Assembly: GCA_030682405.1 (NCBI GenBank)
Contig: JAUXOF010000047.1
Location: 18,877-82,876, forward strand
Source: Thermodesulfovibrionales bacterium
GTDB lineage: Bacteria > Nitrospirota > Thermodesulfovibrionia > Thermodesulfovibrionales > JdFR-86
Reading direction: 5' to 3'
Length of the DNA: 64,000 nt
A model generated the notes under the pieces. The model was not told the origin of the DNA. It worked only from the letters and a program-made list of their open reading frames with translations, and did not search any database. The position numbers and the translations under genes were made by a program. Positions 17,362 to 29,015 of the stretch are shown piece after piece (position 1 is the first letter of the stretch; each line of letters begins with the position of its first letter).

Positions 17362-18061
17362 GGGAGACGCCCGCCCTTTGCCGCTTAAGTATCCATTCGC
17401 ACACCTCTATATCCTCCGGGGAATCTATCTGGAAGGAGCTTAGAAAGTCCATCTCATAGACTTCAATCTTGCCGCCCAGCCGGTTGTTGAGTTCCACAAG
17501 GACATTCGGCTTGAATACGTAAATCGAGCCGTTTTCCATGAACTGCTCGGGAAAATCCTGCTCCCTCCACCGGTTTTTGTAGTCGTAGTTTACGGACTCC
17601 ACCTTATCGCCTTTCCTGCGCCAGATGAACTTGTTCCACCTGCATACCGAGAAAAGGGAATCTGCACCGGATTCGATGAAGAGCCTGACGGCGTTATCTA
17701 TGTCGTCAGGCTCTCTTACAGGTGAGGTGCACTGAAGAAATACGATAATGTCGGGCTGATACCCCTCTTGTTTCTGAAGGAGGCCAAGGACGTGCTGTAT
17801 TGCGGACTCGGACGTAGCCGTGGCAACGGCAAGCTCAGGCGGGCGCATTATGACCTCTGCGCCGTATTGCCTCGATATTTCCGCTATCTCCCCGTCGTCC
17901 GTTGAGACGAGCACGCGGCTTACCGAGCGGGAGCTTTTTGCGTGCTCTATGGAATGGGCTATGAGGGGCTTGCCTGACAGCGGCAGGAGGTTCTTCCTCG
18001 GTATGCGCTGGGAGCCTCCCCGCGCCGGGATAACGGCAATGACATTGGCCTGATGCGCCAT
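17351..18061 (-). CDS. Acylneuraminate (CMP-ulosonic acid) cytidylyltransferase family protein
   Basis: VIAVIPARGGSQRIPRKNLLPLSGKPLI signature; 236 aa. Confidence 0.88.
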   Translation of the reverse strand: MAHQANVIAVIPARGGSQRIPRKNLLPLSGKPLIAHSIEHAKSSRSVSRVLVSTDDGEIAEISRQYGAEVIMRPPELAVATATSESAIQHVLGLLQKQEGYQPDIIVFLQCTSPVREPDDIDNAVRLFIESGADSLFSVCRWNKFIWRRKGDKVESVNYDYKNRWREQDFPEQFMENGSIYVFKPNVLVELNNRLGGKIEVYEMDFLSSFQIDSPEDIEVCEWILKRQRAGVSHAG

Positions 18062-18933
18062 CAGTAAATTCGTCTTAGCTTTGAAATAATCGGCTTTTCG
18101 CTGTCATAAATCTTTATAACGCCGTTTCCGAGCGCTGCCTCTATGGTTCGAATGTCCCTTACGAGCCTCTTTAGGCCCTGAGGCTCTACAGAGGCGGCAT
18201 GGTCGCTGCCCCACATGCTCCTGTCAAGGGTGATGTGCCGCTCAATAACGCATGCGCCGAGAACCGCTGCCGCAACAGAAGTGGAAAGTCCCACCTCGTG
18301 CCCTGAATAACCGATGGGGATGCCGAAGCGCTCACTGAGGGTCTGAATGCCCCTGAGGTTAAGCTCCTCCGGCTTGGACGGATATGTGCTTGTGCAGTGA
18401 AGTATTATCAGGTCTCGTTTGCCTAACACCCCGACCGCATGCTCGATGAGCTTTAAGTCGCTCATGCCTGTGGAGAGTATTATAGGTTTTCCGTACTTCC
18501 TGTGGTGCTTAAGAAGGTTGTCGTCCGTAAGGGATGCGGAGGCTATCTTGTAAAACGGCAGGTTGAACTTCTCCATGAAGTCCGCCGCACCCTCGTCCCA
18601 GCACGATGCAGTCCATGCGATGCCCTTTTGCCTGCAGTATTTGTCTATCTCTGAATATTGCTTCTGACCGAACTCAAGGCCGCGCTTTAAGTCCCCGTTT
18701 GTCAGGCCGAAGGGGTTTTCTCTGGGTTTTGCCAGTTCCTCGGCAGAGTAGACGACCTCTACGGTCCTCTTCTGGAATTTGACCGCATCGCATCCGCAGT
18801 CTATGGCAACATCAATAAGCTGCTTTGCTATGTCTACGGAACCGTTGTGGTTTATGCCTATTTCGGCAATGATGTATGCAGGCTGCCCTTCCCCTACGGT
18901 TTTATCGCCTAATTTTACGGTCTTGAACTTCAT
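18061..18933 (-). CDS. NeuB-family PEP-condensing ulosonic acid synthase, short form lacking the C-terminal SAF domain
   Basis: YIIAEIGINHNGS..AVKFQKRT, KIASASLTD, STGMS. At 290 aa it ends where PseI and LegI continue into SAF. Confidence 0.85.
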   Translation of the reverse strand: MKFKTVKLGDKTVGEGQPAYIIAEIGINHNGSVDIAKQLIDVAIDCGCDAVKFQKRTVEVVYSAEELAKPRENPFGLTNGDLKRGLEFGQKQYSEIDKYCRQKGIAWTASCWDEGAADFMEKFNLPFYKIASASLTDDNLLKHHRKYGKPIILSTGMSDLKLIEHAVGVLGKRDLIILHCTSTYPSKPEELNLRGIQTLSERFGIPIGYSGHEVGLSTSVAAAVLGACVIERHITLDRSMWGSDHAASVEPQGLKRLVRDIRTIEAALGNGVIKIYDSEKPIISKLRRIY

Positions 18934-19128
18934 AATCTCCCTCCTTAAAGCCTTCTTCAGAAAGCATTTTATAATAACAGAATAATAACAGATATGATAA
19001 CAAAAATGCCCGGATTTTTGGTTGTCCGATTTTTTGGCGAACGCCGTCTCAAGCCCTGTTTTTTTTTGTAACCGGACACCGCCACCGGAGCCGGGAGTTG
19101 TGCTAAAATAACTTATAAATGATAGTAA

Positions 19129-21268
<2,140 letters not shown>

Positions 21269-21272
<4 letters not shown>

Positions 21273-22633
21273 AGGTGTTGCTTCTTAACCCCCCTATCAG
21301 GGAATGGGCCAAGCCCAATGTCTTTCCGCTGGGCCTTGCATACCTTGCCTCTGTGCTCAAGGAGGGGGGCCACAAGGTTGAAGTCCTCGATATAAACGCC
21401 TTCAGATGGACGCGCGAGACTGTCGAGAGAAAAATCAAAGAGGCCGAGTTCGACCTGCTCGGCATCGGCGCCATTGTTACGGTTTACGGATACGTCAAGT
21501 GGCTCGTTGGGATTTCCAAAAAGCATCACCCGGATAGAAAGGTTGTCGTGGGCGGGAGCGTGGGCACTTCAATTCCGCATATCGTCCTTGAGAAGACGGA
21601 GACAGATATTGTCTGCATAGGCGAAGGAGAAAGGACCATTGTCGACATGGTAAAGGCATTGGAGAGAGGTGAAGACCTCTCCGGAGTCAACGGCATATGG
21701 TTCAGGGGGCAAGACGGCAGGATAATAAAGACCGGGGCGAGAGCCCCGATAGCGGACCTCGATGCAATCCCCCTGCCTGCATGGGATATCTTCCCCATGG
21801 ACATATACCTCAAAAACCCGGTCGGCGCGCCCAACAGGAACAAGTGGATAGACGGCGGCTCTTCGGAAAACGCAGCCCCGTCCATGAACCTCAGCGCCAC
21901 GAGGGGGTGCCCGTACAAGTGCATCTACTGCTACCACGACTTCATGGGCCAGAAGTACAGGCACAGGTCCCCGGGGAACATCATCCGCGAGATGAGGGCC
22001 CTCTACGACGTGTACGGGGTCAGGTATTTCCATTTCATAGACGACGAGTTCTGCCTCAAAAAGAGTTTCGTCTTTGACTTCTCGAAGGCCGTGAGGGAGG
22101 AGTTCGGAGGAGACGTGACATGGGGGTGCTCGGGCAGGGTCAACCTGATGACCGAGGAGATGATTGCCGCGATGGCAGAGGCCGGATGCGTCCTCATAGG
22201 CTACGGCATTGAGTCCGGAAGCCAGAGGATGCTCGACGTGATGAAAAAGGGGGTCACTGTGGAGCAGGCCAAAAATGCCGTCCGCATGACGATGAAGCGC
22301 CTGGGCTGGGCGGACTGCTCATTCATGATAGGCACTCCGGGAGAGAACATAGAGACCGTCCGGGAGACTATAGATTTCTGCAAGGAGATGGACCTTACCC
22401 CTGAGGTAATTTTCTTTGCCACGCCTTATCCCGGCACCGAGCTTTACGATATGGCCCTCGCTCTGGGGAAGATAAAGGACGAGGAGCAATACGTGCTCGG
22501 CCTCGGCGAGCAGGGCGAAAAGGTAAGGGTCAACTTCACCGAGCTCTCTGACGAAGAGCTTATGCGCACTCAGGAGGACATGATACGGGAGCTTGGCGCA
22601 TGGAACAAGCTCAGGCACCCGGAGAGCAGATAG
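21269..22633 (+). CDS. B12-binding-domain radical SAM enzyme (class B)
   Basis: N-terminal Rossmann PLGLAYLASVLKEGGHKVEVLD, cluster motif ATRGCPYKCIYCYH. ATGA overlap with pseC. Confidence 0.85.
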
Positions 22634-22634
22634 A

Positions 22635-23375
22635 ATGAACATACTATGCGTAATACCGGCGAGGGGGGGCAGCAAGAGGACCCCTGGCAAAAACATAAAG
22701 CCCCTCATGGGGAAGCCACTGATATCGTACACCATAGAGAAGGCCCTTGAAAGCAGGCTCGTAACGAGGGTCGTCGTCTCCACCGACAGCCCTGACATCG
22801 CCCGTGTGGCCCGGGACTTTGGGGCCGAGGTGGTCGAGAGGCCAGCGAATATCTCCGAGGACACCTCTGCAATAGACGACTCCCTCCGCCACGCGGTCAG
22901 GCATCTTGAGGCCGGAGAAGGCTTCAGGCCGGACGTGGTCGTGCTCCTTCAGGCGAACGTGCCGGTCAGGAAAGAAGGCGAGATAGACGAGGTCATAAGG
23001 GCGCTGCTTGAAAACCCCGAGGCGGAATCCGTAGCCACCGTCTACGAGGTAGACCAGCGGATAGAGTGGATGAAAAGGGTTGACGCAAGCGGAAAGGTCA
23101 CTCCCTTCATGGGGCAGACCGCCTCCTACAGGAAGCAGGACCTGCCGGAGCTTTACCTCATTGACGGGGCGATAGAGGCCGTCAGGACCGATACCCTCAT
23201 GAGGACAGAGGGCAATAGGATGGCCCACGCATATTTCGGCGAGCGCCTCTACGCCTTCATCCACGAAAAGAAATACGCTATAGAGGTGGACGTAGCGGAA
23301 GACCTTGAGATGGCGGAGTATTTCCTCGGCAGGGAGCATGTCCCCCTGCGGAGAGGCAAGAAGACCTCTGCCTGA
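22635..23375 (+). CDS. pseF: Pseudaminic acid cytidylyltransferase
   Basis: ILCVIPARGGSKRTPGKNIKPLMGKPLI. The ATG is 1 nt after the radical SAM stop. Confidence 0.88.
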   Translation: MNILCVIPARGGSKRTPGKNIKPLMGKPLISYTIEKALESRLVTRVVVSTDSPDIARVARDFGAEVVERPANISEDTSAIDDSLRHAVRHLEAGEGFRPDVVVLLQANVPVRKEGEIDEVIRALLENPEAESVATVYEVDQRIEWMKRVDASGKVTPFMGQTASYRKQDLPELYLIDGAIEAVRTDTLMRTEGNRMAHAYFGERLYAFIHEKKYAIEVDVAEDLEMAEYFLGREHVPLRRGKKTSA

Positions 23376-23403
23376 TAAACATGGGCATCCGGCAGAAGGG
23401 GTT

Positions 23404-24966
23404 ATGAGCGCAGAGAAGGTTCTAATCAGGGTGGACGCCTCAGCCGCCATAGGCATGGGACACGTGATGAGGTGCATAGCCTTTGCTCAGGGCATAAGCG
23501 GGATGGGCTTTGAGCCGGTCTTTGCGACCCGCACGGAAAACAACAGTCTACTTGAGAAGATAAAAAAAGAGGGGTTCAGGGCTTACCCCCTGAAAAACGG
23601 GGGGGGAGATAGGGGGAACCCCGACGAGCTTAAGGGGATAATCGGCAAAGAGAAGCCTTTGTGGGTCGTGCTTGACGGGTATCATTTCGGGACTGATTAT
23701 CAGAAGGCGATTAAGGATATGGGGCATCGTCTTCTGGTTATAGACGACATGGCGCACCTTACTCGCTATCACGCGGACATAATCCTCAACCAGAACTATG
23801 GGGCAGAAAGGCTTATTTATAAGGCGTTGCCTGAGACGCGGTTTCTCTTCGGCCCGAAATACGCCCTCTTAAGAAAAGAGTTCCTGCATTATGGTGATTT
23901 TAAAAGAGAAATCCCCCAAAAGGCCGAAAAGCTCCTTGTTACGATGGGAGGGGCCGACGCTGACAACTGCACAGGGAAAGTTCTCCGGTCATTAAAACTC
24001 ATAGACCTCCCGCTTCATGTGAAAGTCGTTGTAGGGGCAAGCAACCCCCACTACGAATCCCTAAAGTCCGCCGCCCCGGACAGCCGTCACAGGATTGAGT
24101 TTGTAAGAAACGTAGAGGATATGTCCCCTCTAATGGCATGGGCGGACATTGCAGTCTCGGCAGGCGGGACCACCACTTGGGAGCTTGCCTTCATGGGGCT
24201 TCCGACAGCACTCTGCATAATTGCAGACAATCAAGAGCCTGCGGTAAGAGCGCTTGAGAAGGACGGTTTTTTCGCCTCAGCCGGGCGGATCGGGGACAAA
24301 ACCGAAAAAGAGCTTTCATCGATAATTCAGGGGATAATAGACAATAGCGCGGCGACCCTTAGCGAAAAAGGCAAAAGGCTTGTCGACGGATACGGGGCAT
24401 TGAGAGCCGGGATAGAACTCATCGGGGGCGGGGAAGTCGCCCTAAGGAGGGACTTCGATTTCGGGCCGGTAAGGTTCGTGAACTTTATAAACCTCACACC
24501 CGAAGAAAAAGAGGCGGTACTCGGCTGGCGGAACTCAGATGAGATAAGAAAATGGATGTTTACAAGCCATATAATCTCAAAAAAAGAGCATCTGCGTTTT
24601 ATAGAGGGTCTCAGGGAAGATGGCAGGAATTTTTACTGGATGGCAAAGGTGGGGGGCAAGGCATCAGGGGTCGGCAGCTTTCAGAAGGTTGATGCCGAGA
24701 CAAGAAGCGGGCATCTCGGCATATATTCCGTGGAAAGGGGCGCAGGCAGGACAATTATGCAGCGCCTTTTATGCCTCTGGTTTGATATTCTGAAGATGCG
24801 TGTATTAAAATCCGAACTCATAGAGGGCAATGAACGGGCTCACAATTTTTATGAGGATTTCCAGTTTAAAGCCGAGGGCGTTGCACGCTCAATCGAAGAA
24901 AACGGCGTAACCAAAAAAGTTATAACAATGACAAAAACTAAAGAGAGCATTTCCAATGCGAATTAG
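23404..24966 (+). CDS. pseG: Fusion: UDP-2,4-diacetamido-2,4,6-trideoxy-beta-L-altropyranose hydrolase (PseG) + GNAT N-acetyltransferase (PseH-like)
   Basis: N-terminal IRVDASAAIGMGHVMRCIAFA and GGTTTWELAFMGLP (PseG, GT28-like). The C-terminal ~170 aa is GNAT-like (WRNSDEIRKWM..., NERAHNFYEDFQF). Confidence 0.8.
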   Translation: MSAEKVLIRVDASAAIGMGHVMRCIAFAQGISGMGFEPVFATRTENNSLLEKIKKEGFRAYPLKNGGGDRGNPDELKGIIGKEKPLWVVLDGYHFGTDYQKAIKDMGHRLLVIDDMAHLTRYHADIILNQNYGAERLIYKALPETRFLFGPKYALLRKEFLHYGDFKREIPQKAEKLLVTMGGADADNCTGKVLRSLKLIDLPLHVKVVVGASNPHYESLKSAAPDSRHRIEFVRNVEDMSPLMAWADIAVSAGGTTTWELAFMGLPTALCIIADNQEPAVRALEKDGFFASAGRIGDKTEKELSSIIQGIIDNSAATLSEKGKRLVDGYGALRAGIELIGGGEVALRRDFDFGPVRFVNFINLTPEEKEAVLGWRNSDEIRKWMFTSHIISKKEHLRFIEGLREDGRNFYWMAKVGGKASGVGSFQKVDAETRSGHLGIYSVERGAGRTIMQRLLCLWFDILKMRVLKSELIEGNERAHNFYEDFQFKAEGVARSIEENGVTKKVITMTKTKESISNAN

Positions 24967-25993
24967 CGGAAGAAGAATCGGCCCCGGGTATCCGGTATTC
25001 GTCATAGCCGAGATGTCCGGCAACCACAATCAGGACTTTGACGAGGCGGTTAGAATCATACAAGCGGCAAAGGGAGCCGGGGCTGATGCGATAAAGCTTC
25101 AGACATACACCGCAGACACCCTCACGATAGATTCTGACAGCGAATATTTCAGGATTAAGGGCACTCTATGGGAGGGACAAACCCTCTACAGCCTCTATAA
25201 AAAAGCATACACGCCGTGGGAGTGGCACCCGAAACTAAAAGAGGCGGCACAGGAAGCGGGGATAATACTTTTCTCCACCCCGTTTGACAAAACCGCAGTA
25301 GATTATCTCGAAAAGATGGAAGTCCCGGCCTATAAGATAGCCTCTTTCGAGCTTGTGGACATCCCGCTAATAGAATACGCCGCCTCAAAGGGCAAGCCCA
25401 TGATAATGTCAACCGGCATGGCCACCCTCGATGAGATAAAAGAGGCGGTTGATGCGGCAAGGGGAGCGGGAGCAAAAGACATTGCCCTTCTTAAATGCAC
25501 AAGCGCATACCCCGCGCCTCCGGAGGAGATGAACCTGAGGACCATAGCCGACCTATCTGAAAGGTTCGGAGTCGTATCAGGGCTTTCCGACCACTCAATG
25601 GGCATAGCCGTGCCTGCTGCCTCTGTTGCCTTGGGCGCATCCATAATAGAGAAGCACCTCACTTTATCCCGCGCAAAGGGCGGCCCTGATTCGGCTTTCT
25701 CTCTTGAGCCTTCCGAGTTTGCGGCTATGGTTGAAACCGTCAGGGTTGCAGAGAAGGCCGTCGGCGCGGTGCATTACGGGCTTACAGAGAAAGAGGAGAA
25801 AAGCAAGGTATTCAGGAGGTCCCTTTTTGTGGTAAAGGACGTGAAAGCAGGCGATATCTTTACGGAGGATAATGTGCGCTCTATAAGGCCCGGACACGGG
25901 CTTAAACCCAAGCACATAAAGGATGTTTTGGGGAAAAAGGCATCTAAAGACATTAAAAAAGGCACCCCCCTTGACCAGTCTATGCTCCGGTGA
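24956..25993 (+). CDS. pseI: Pseudaminic acid synthase
   Basis: VIAEMSGNHNQD..AIKLQTYTADTLT, YKIASFELVD, STGMATL, C-terminal SAF VKDVKAGDIFTEDNVRSIRPG. Confidence 0.9.
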   Translation: MRISGRRIGPGYPVFVIAEMSGNHNQDFDEAVRIIQAAKGAGADAIKLQTYTADTLTIDSDSEYFRIKGTLWEGQTLYSLYKKAYTPWEWHPKLKEAAQEAGIILFSTPFDKTAVDYLEKMEVPAYKIASFELVDIPLIEYAASKGKPMIMSTGMATLDEIKEAVDAARGAGAKDIALLKCTSAYPAPPEEMNLRTIADLSERFGVVSGLSDHSMGIAVPAASVALGASIIEKHLTLSRAKGGPDSAFSLEPSEFAAMVETVRVAEKAVGAVHYGLTEKEEKSKVFRRSLFVVKDVKAGDIFTEDNVRSIRPGHGLKPKHIKDVLGKKASKDIKKGTPLDQSMLR

Positions 25994-26045
25994 CAAACCC
26001 CCCATCGTTTGATTAATCGCCGCGGATTCGGTTATCATATTGTTT

Positions 26046-27482
26046 ATGAATAGCGGCAAGACTAACAATAAAACCGGGAATCCCATGAACATATTATGGG
26101 TCTCCGGCGCGGCATTGGAAGGCCTCTGGGGGGCGGAAATATCGAAAAGGCTCGCAGGGAGCGGCTTTAATGTCGTTTTTCTGACCAACATGAAGCAGAC
26201 ATACGCTAAACTGAAGGAGGCGGGCTGCGACTGCCACCTTTTGTCGGACATTGCAATACCTCATAAAAAGGCGTTTACAGGCGCGGAACTCCAAGAGATT
26301 GAACGGAAATACGAGTACCCTGGGTTCAATAACCTGAGGAGTGCGGACGAGACCATAAGCGGCCTGCCTATGGACGAGGCGAACTCCATAGTCGCGTCTT
26401 ATTATCTGGCCGTTGAAGGGCTTTTTGAAAAGTACGGTTTCGGGAATTTGATAATGTTTCCTACCTCTGCCATTCAGGGCCGTGTGCCGTATTCCGTAGC
26501 AAAGGGCCGGGGGGCGCGGACCCTCATCCCGTACTGGGGCCCGGTGCACAACGATATGTTTGTGATTCTGGACGTATCCGAGGAATGGATATGGTCCGAG
26601 CTTTTTTCGGGTTCCCTCGCCGGGCCGGGCGAGGCTGAGATAAAAAGTGTCATAAGTGAAATCGAAAAGAAGCTCCTGTCGGCAAGGCAGCCAAGCTCAC
26701 AGAGCAGGATACAACAGGCAATCCGAATATCTCTAAATTGCCTTAGATATTTGCGCAGTTATAAAAGGGATTACGATTTCGCCGTGCGCGCACGGCTCGC
26801 TGAGATGAAAAAGGACATAAGGAGCTTCAGTGGGTTCTTTAGGAAATACCTTTTCAGGCATGACGAGTTCATCCCCGAGGGCAAATACGTATTTTTCCCG
26901 CTGCACTGCCATTTCGATGCCGCCCTACAGGCTGCCAATCCTATGTTCACCGACCAGTGCGCCCTTGTTAAAAACACAGCCAAGAGTCTTCCGGTAGGCT
27001 ACACCCTCTACGTGAAAGAGCATCCTTACGACGAGGGATATCTTAAAATCAGCCAGCTAAAAGAATTAAGGAGGATGGGCAACGTCAAAATCCTTCACCC
27101 TGCCGTAAGAAGCATACACATACTAAAAAATGCCTCGGCAGTGGTTACCATATCGAGTTCCGCCGGGTGGGAGGCCTTTCTTTTCAAAAAACCGGTTGTC
27201 GCCTTCGGCAGCTCCTTTTACGCGGAGTGCGACCTTATTTACAAGGTGAACGCTATGAAAGGACTCAAAGATATACTTTGGGAGGCGTTAAAAAAGGGCG
27301 AGTCCATTTATTCGGAGAGGGACGGCGAATATATGTCTTTCATTGGAAAGATAATCGCTGACTGCAGGCCCGGCAATGCCTGCGGCTATAAGTCTTCATT
27401 CGGCTGGGGATTCGACAGCAAAAAGGACGCGGAGCTTATAGCCGCGGGGCTTCTCTCAAAACTTCAGGCCGAAGCCGAATAG
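26046..27482 (+). CDS. Capsule-polysaccharide biosynthesis protein, KpsS/KpsC (Capsule_synth)-like putative CMP-sugar-acid transferase
   Basis: YVFFPLHCHFDAALQ..., LYVKEHPYDEG, VVTISSSAGWEAFLFKKPVVAFG. Start is ambiguous (26040 TTG, 26046 ATG or 26085 ATG). Confidence 0.55.
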   Translation: MNSGKTNNKTGNPMNILWVSGAALEGLWGAEISKRLAGSGFNVVFLTNMKQTYAKLKEAGCDCHLLSDIAIPHKKAFTGAELQEIERKYEYPGFNNLRSADETISGLPMDEANSIVASYYLAVEGLFEKYGFGNLIMFPTSAIQGRVPYSVAKGRGARTLIPYWGPVHNDMFVILDVSEEWIWSELFSGSLAGPGEAEIKSVISEIEKKLLSARQPSSQSRIQQAIRISLNCLRYLRSYKRDYDFAVRARLAEMKKDIRSFSGFFRKYLFRHDEFIPEGKYVFFPLHCHFDAALQAANPMFTDQCALVKNTAKSLPVGYTLYVKEHPYDEGYLKISQLKELRRMGNVKILHPAVRSIHILKNASAVVTISSSAGWEAFLFKKPVVAFGSSFYAECDLIYKVNAMKGLKDILWEALKKGESIYSERDGEYMSFIGKIIADCRPGNACGYKSSFGWGFDSKKDAELIAAGLLSKLQAEAE

Positions 27483-27489
27483 ACCGCTT

Positions 27490-29007
27490 ATGCCCTCAGG
27501 GAGACTCTTTAAGAACATCTCCTACAGCTATGCCGCAGTTTTCGTAAACCTTGTAGGCGGCATAGCCGTATTTCCAATTCTCCTTCGCGCAATCGGCAAG
27601 GAAAAATACGGGCTGTTCGTGCTTTTTCTCACATATTCCGCTACCGGCATATACTCTTTCTTGGATTTGGGCCTGAGGAACTCGGCTGTAAAGTACATAG
27701 CGGAAGACAACGCGCTCGGCAATACCGAGGGAGTGCTAAAGATAATAAACACCGTTTTTTCATTTCTTCTTCTGGCTACCGCCGCGTCGGTTGTCGTCAA
27801 CGTCTTCATATACTTTTTCTTTCTCGACGGCTGGCTCGCTTCCCTTTCGCACGAGGTGGTGAAGTATAAATACCTCTTTTATGTGTTCACCTGCTTCAAC
27901 GTCGTTTTCTTTATCCGTACGGCCCTCGATTCCTTTCTGGACGGCTTTCAGAGGATTGACGACTCAAGCAAGGCCATGATGGCCCAAGGGATACTCTTAA
28001 TGGCAGGCACTTGTGTAATCGCAGTCTACTTTACGGCAAGGGCCTTTGAACTCTACGTATACTTCGTATTGCTTCTTGAGGCGCTGACGGTCTTATATCT
28101 CGCTATCGCATGCAAAAGGGTCTTCCCCCAGTTCAGGTTCTCCGCCTCGATGGCCAGCCGCGAAACATTCAGGAGAATCCGGGGGCTTGGTATGAATTTC
28201 TTCGTAAACCGGCTTAACGGAGTTGCATTCTCACAAGCCCCGAAGATAATACTCGGGGCGTATAGCATAAGCACCCTCGCCGAATTCGACATAGTTTTTA
28301 AGTTTTCCAATCTCATGAAGCTTTCCATGGGCTCGATTAACAGGGCCATCTTCCCGCTGACCTCCGGCCACCACGCTGAGAGAAATTACGATAAGATAAA
28401 AACGACGTTTGTGCTTAGCACCCTTTTCAGCACCGCCTTTGCCTCGGCAATCGCTGTATTCATAATGGTCTTCCCGGACAAACTGCTTTACTTCTGGCTT
28501 AAAGACCCCTCCTACCAGAATCTCGCAGGGGTCCTCGCATATTCCGTGATATGGGCCTTCCCCGTGTCGTTCATCAACGCCGGGAGCGTGATGCTCGGCG
28601 CGGTGAACGAGATACGGAGGGCTGTGGCCTGGACCGCCGCCGGCACCGTCCTCTCGGTCGCCTCAGCGGTATGGCTCGTGGACGTCTGGGGGCTCTACGG
28701 GATGTTCACTGCGCTGTTTATAGCCTCCCTTTTTCCGGTCCCGATATATTTCATACTTATCAAGGAAAAACTGCAAATCCCTTACAAAACCATCGGTAGC
28801 AGTGTGCTTCTAAGGTCCTTTATAATAATAGCCTCCCTGACAGCGATATGCCTTACGGGCAGGTATGTTTTTGTTATGGACTCTCTTGGGAAAATGCTCG
28901 CAACTGGCATGATAGTCCTCCTCGCTTCCGGCCTCATGTCAATTCTCCTTCTTAGCAAGGGCGAGCGGGCCCTTGTGTCCGGTGTGGCATTCGGAAAAAA
29001 ATGGTAA
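27490..29007 (+). CDS. wzx: Polysaccharide flippase (Wzx / MOP superfamily)
   Basis: 505 aa, hydrophobic throughout with about 12-14 helices; typical position in a glycan locus. Confidence 0.75.
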   Translation: MPSGRLFKNISYSYAAVFVNLVGGIAVFPILLRAIGKEKYGLFVLFLTYSATGIYSFLDLGLRNSAVKYIAEDNALGNTEGVLKIINTVFSFLLLATAASVVVNVFIYFFFLDGWLASLSHEVVKYKYLFYVFTCFNVVFFIRTALDSFLDGFQRIDDSSKAMMAQGILLMAGTCVIAVYFTARAFELYVYFVLLLEALTVLYLAIACKRVFPQFRFSASMASRETFRRIRGLGMNFFVNRLNGVAFSQAPKIILGAYSISTLAEFDIVFKFSNLMKLSMGSINRAIFPLTSGHHAERNYDKIKTTFVLSTLFSTAFASAIAVFIMVFPDKLLYFWLKDPSYQNLAGVLAYSVIWAFPVSFINAGSVMLGAVNEIRRAVAWTAAGTVLSVASAVWLVDVWGLYGMFTALFIASLFPVPIYFILIKEKLQIPYKTIGSSVLLRSFIIIASLTAICLTGRYVFVMDSLGKMLATGMIVLLASGLMSILLLSKGERALVSGVAFGKKW

Positions 29008-29015
29008 AATAATTT

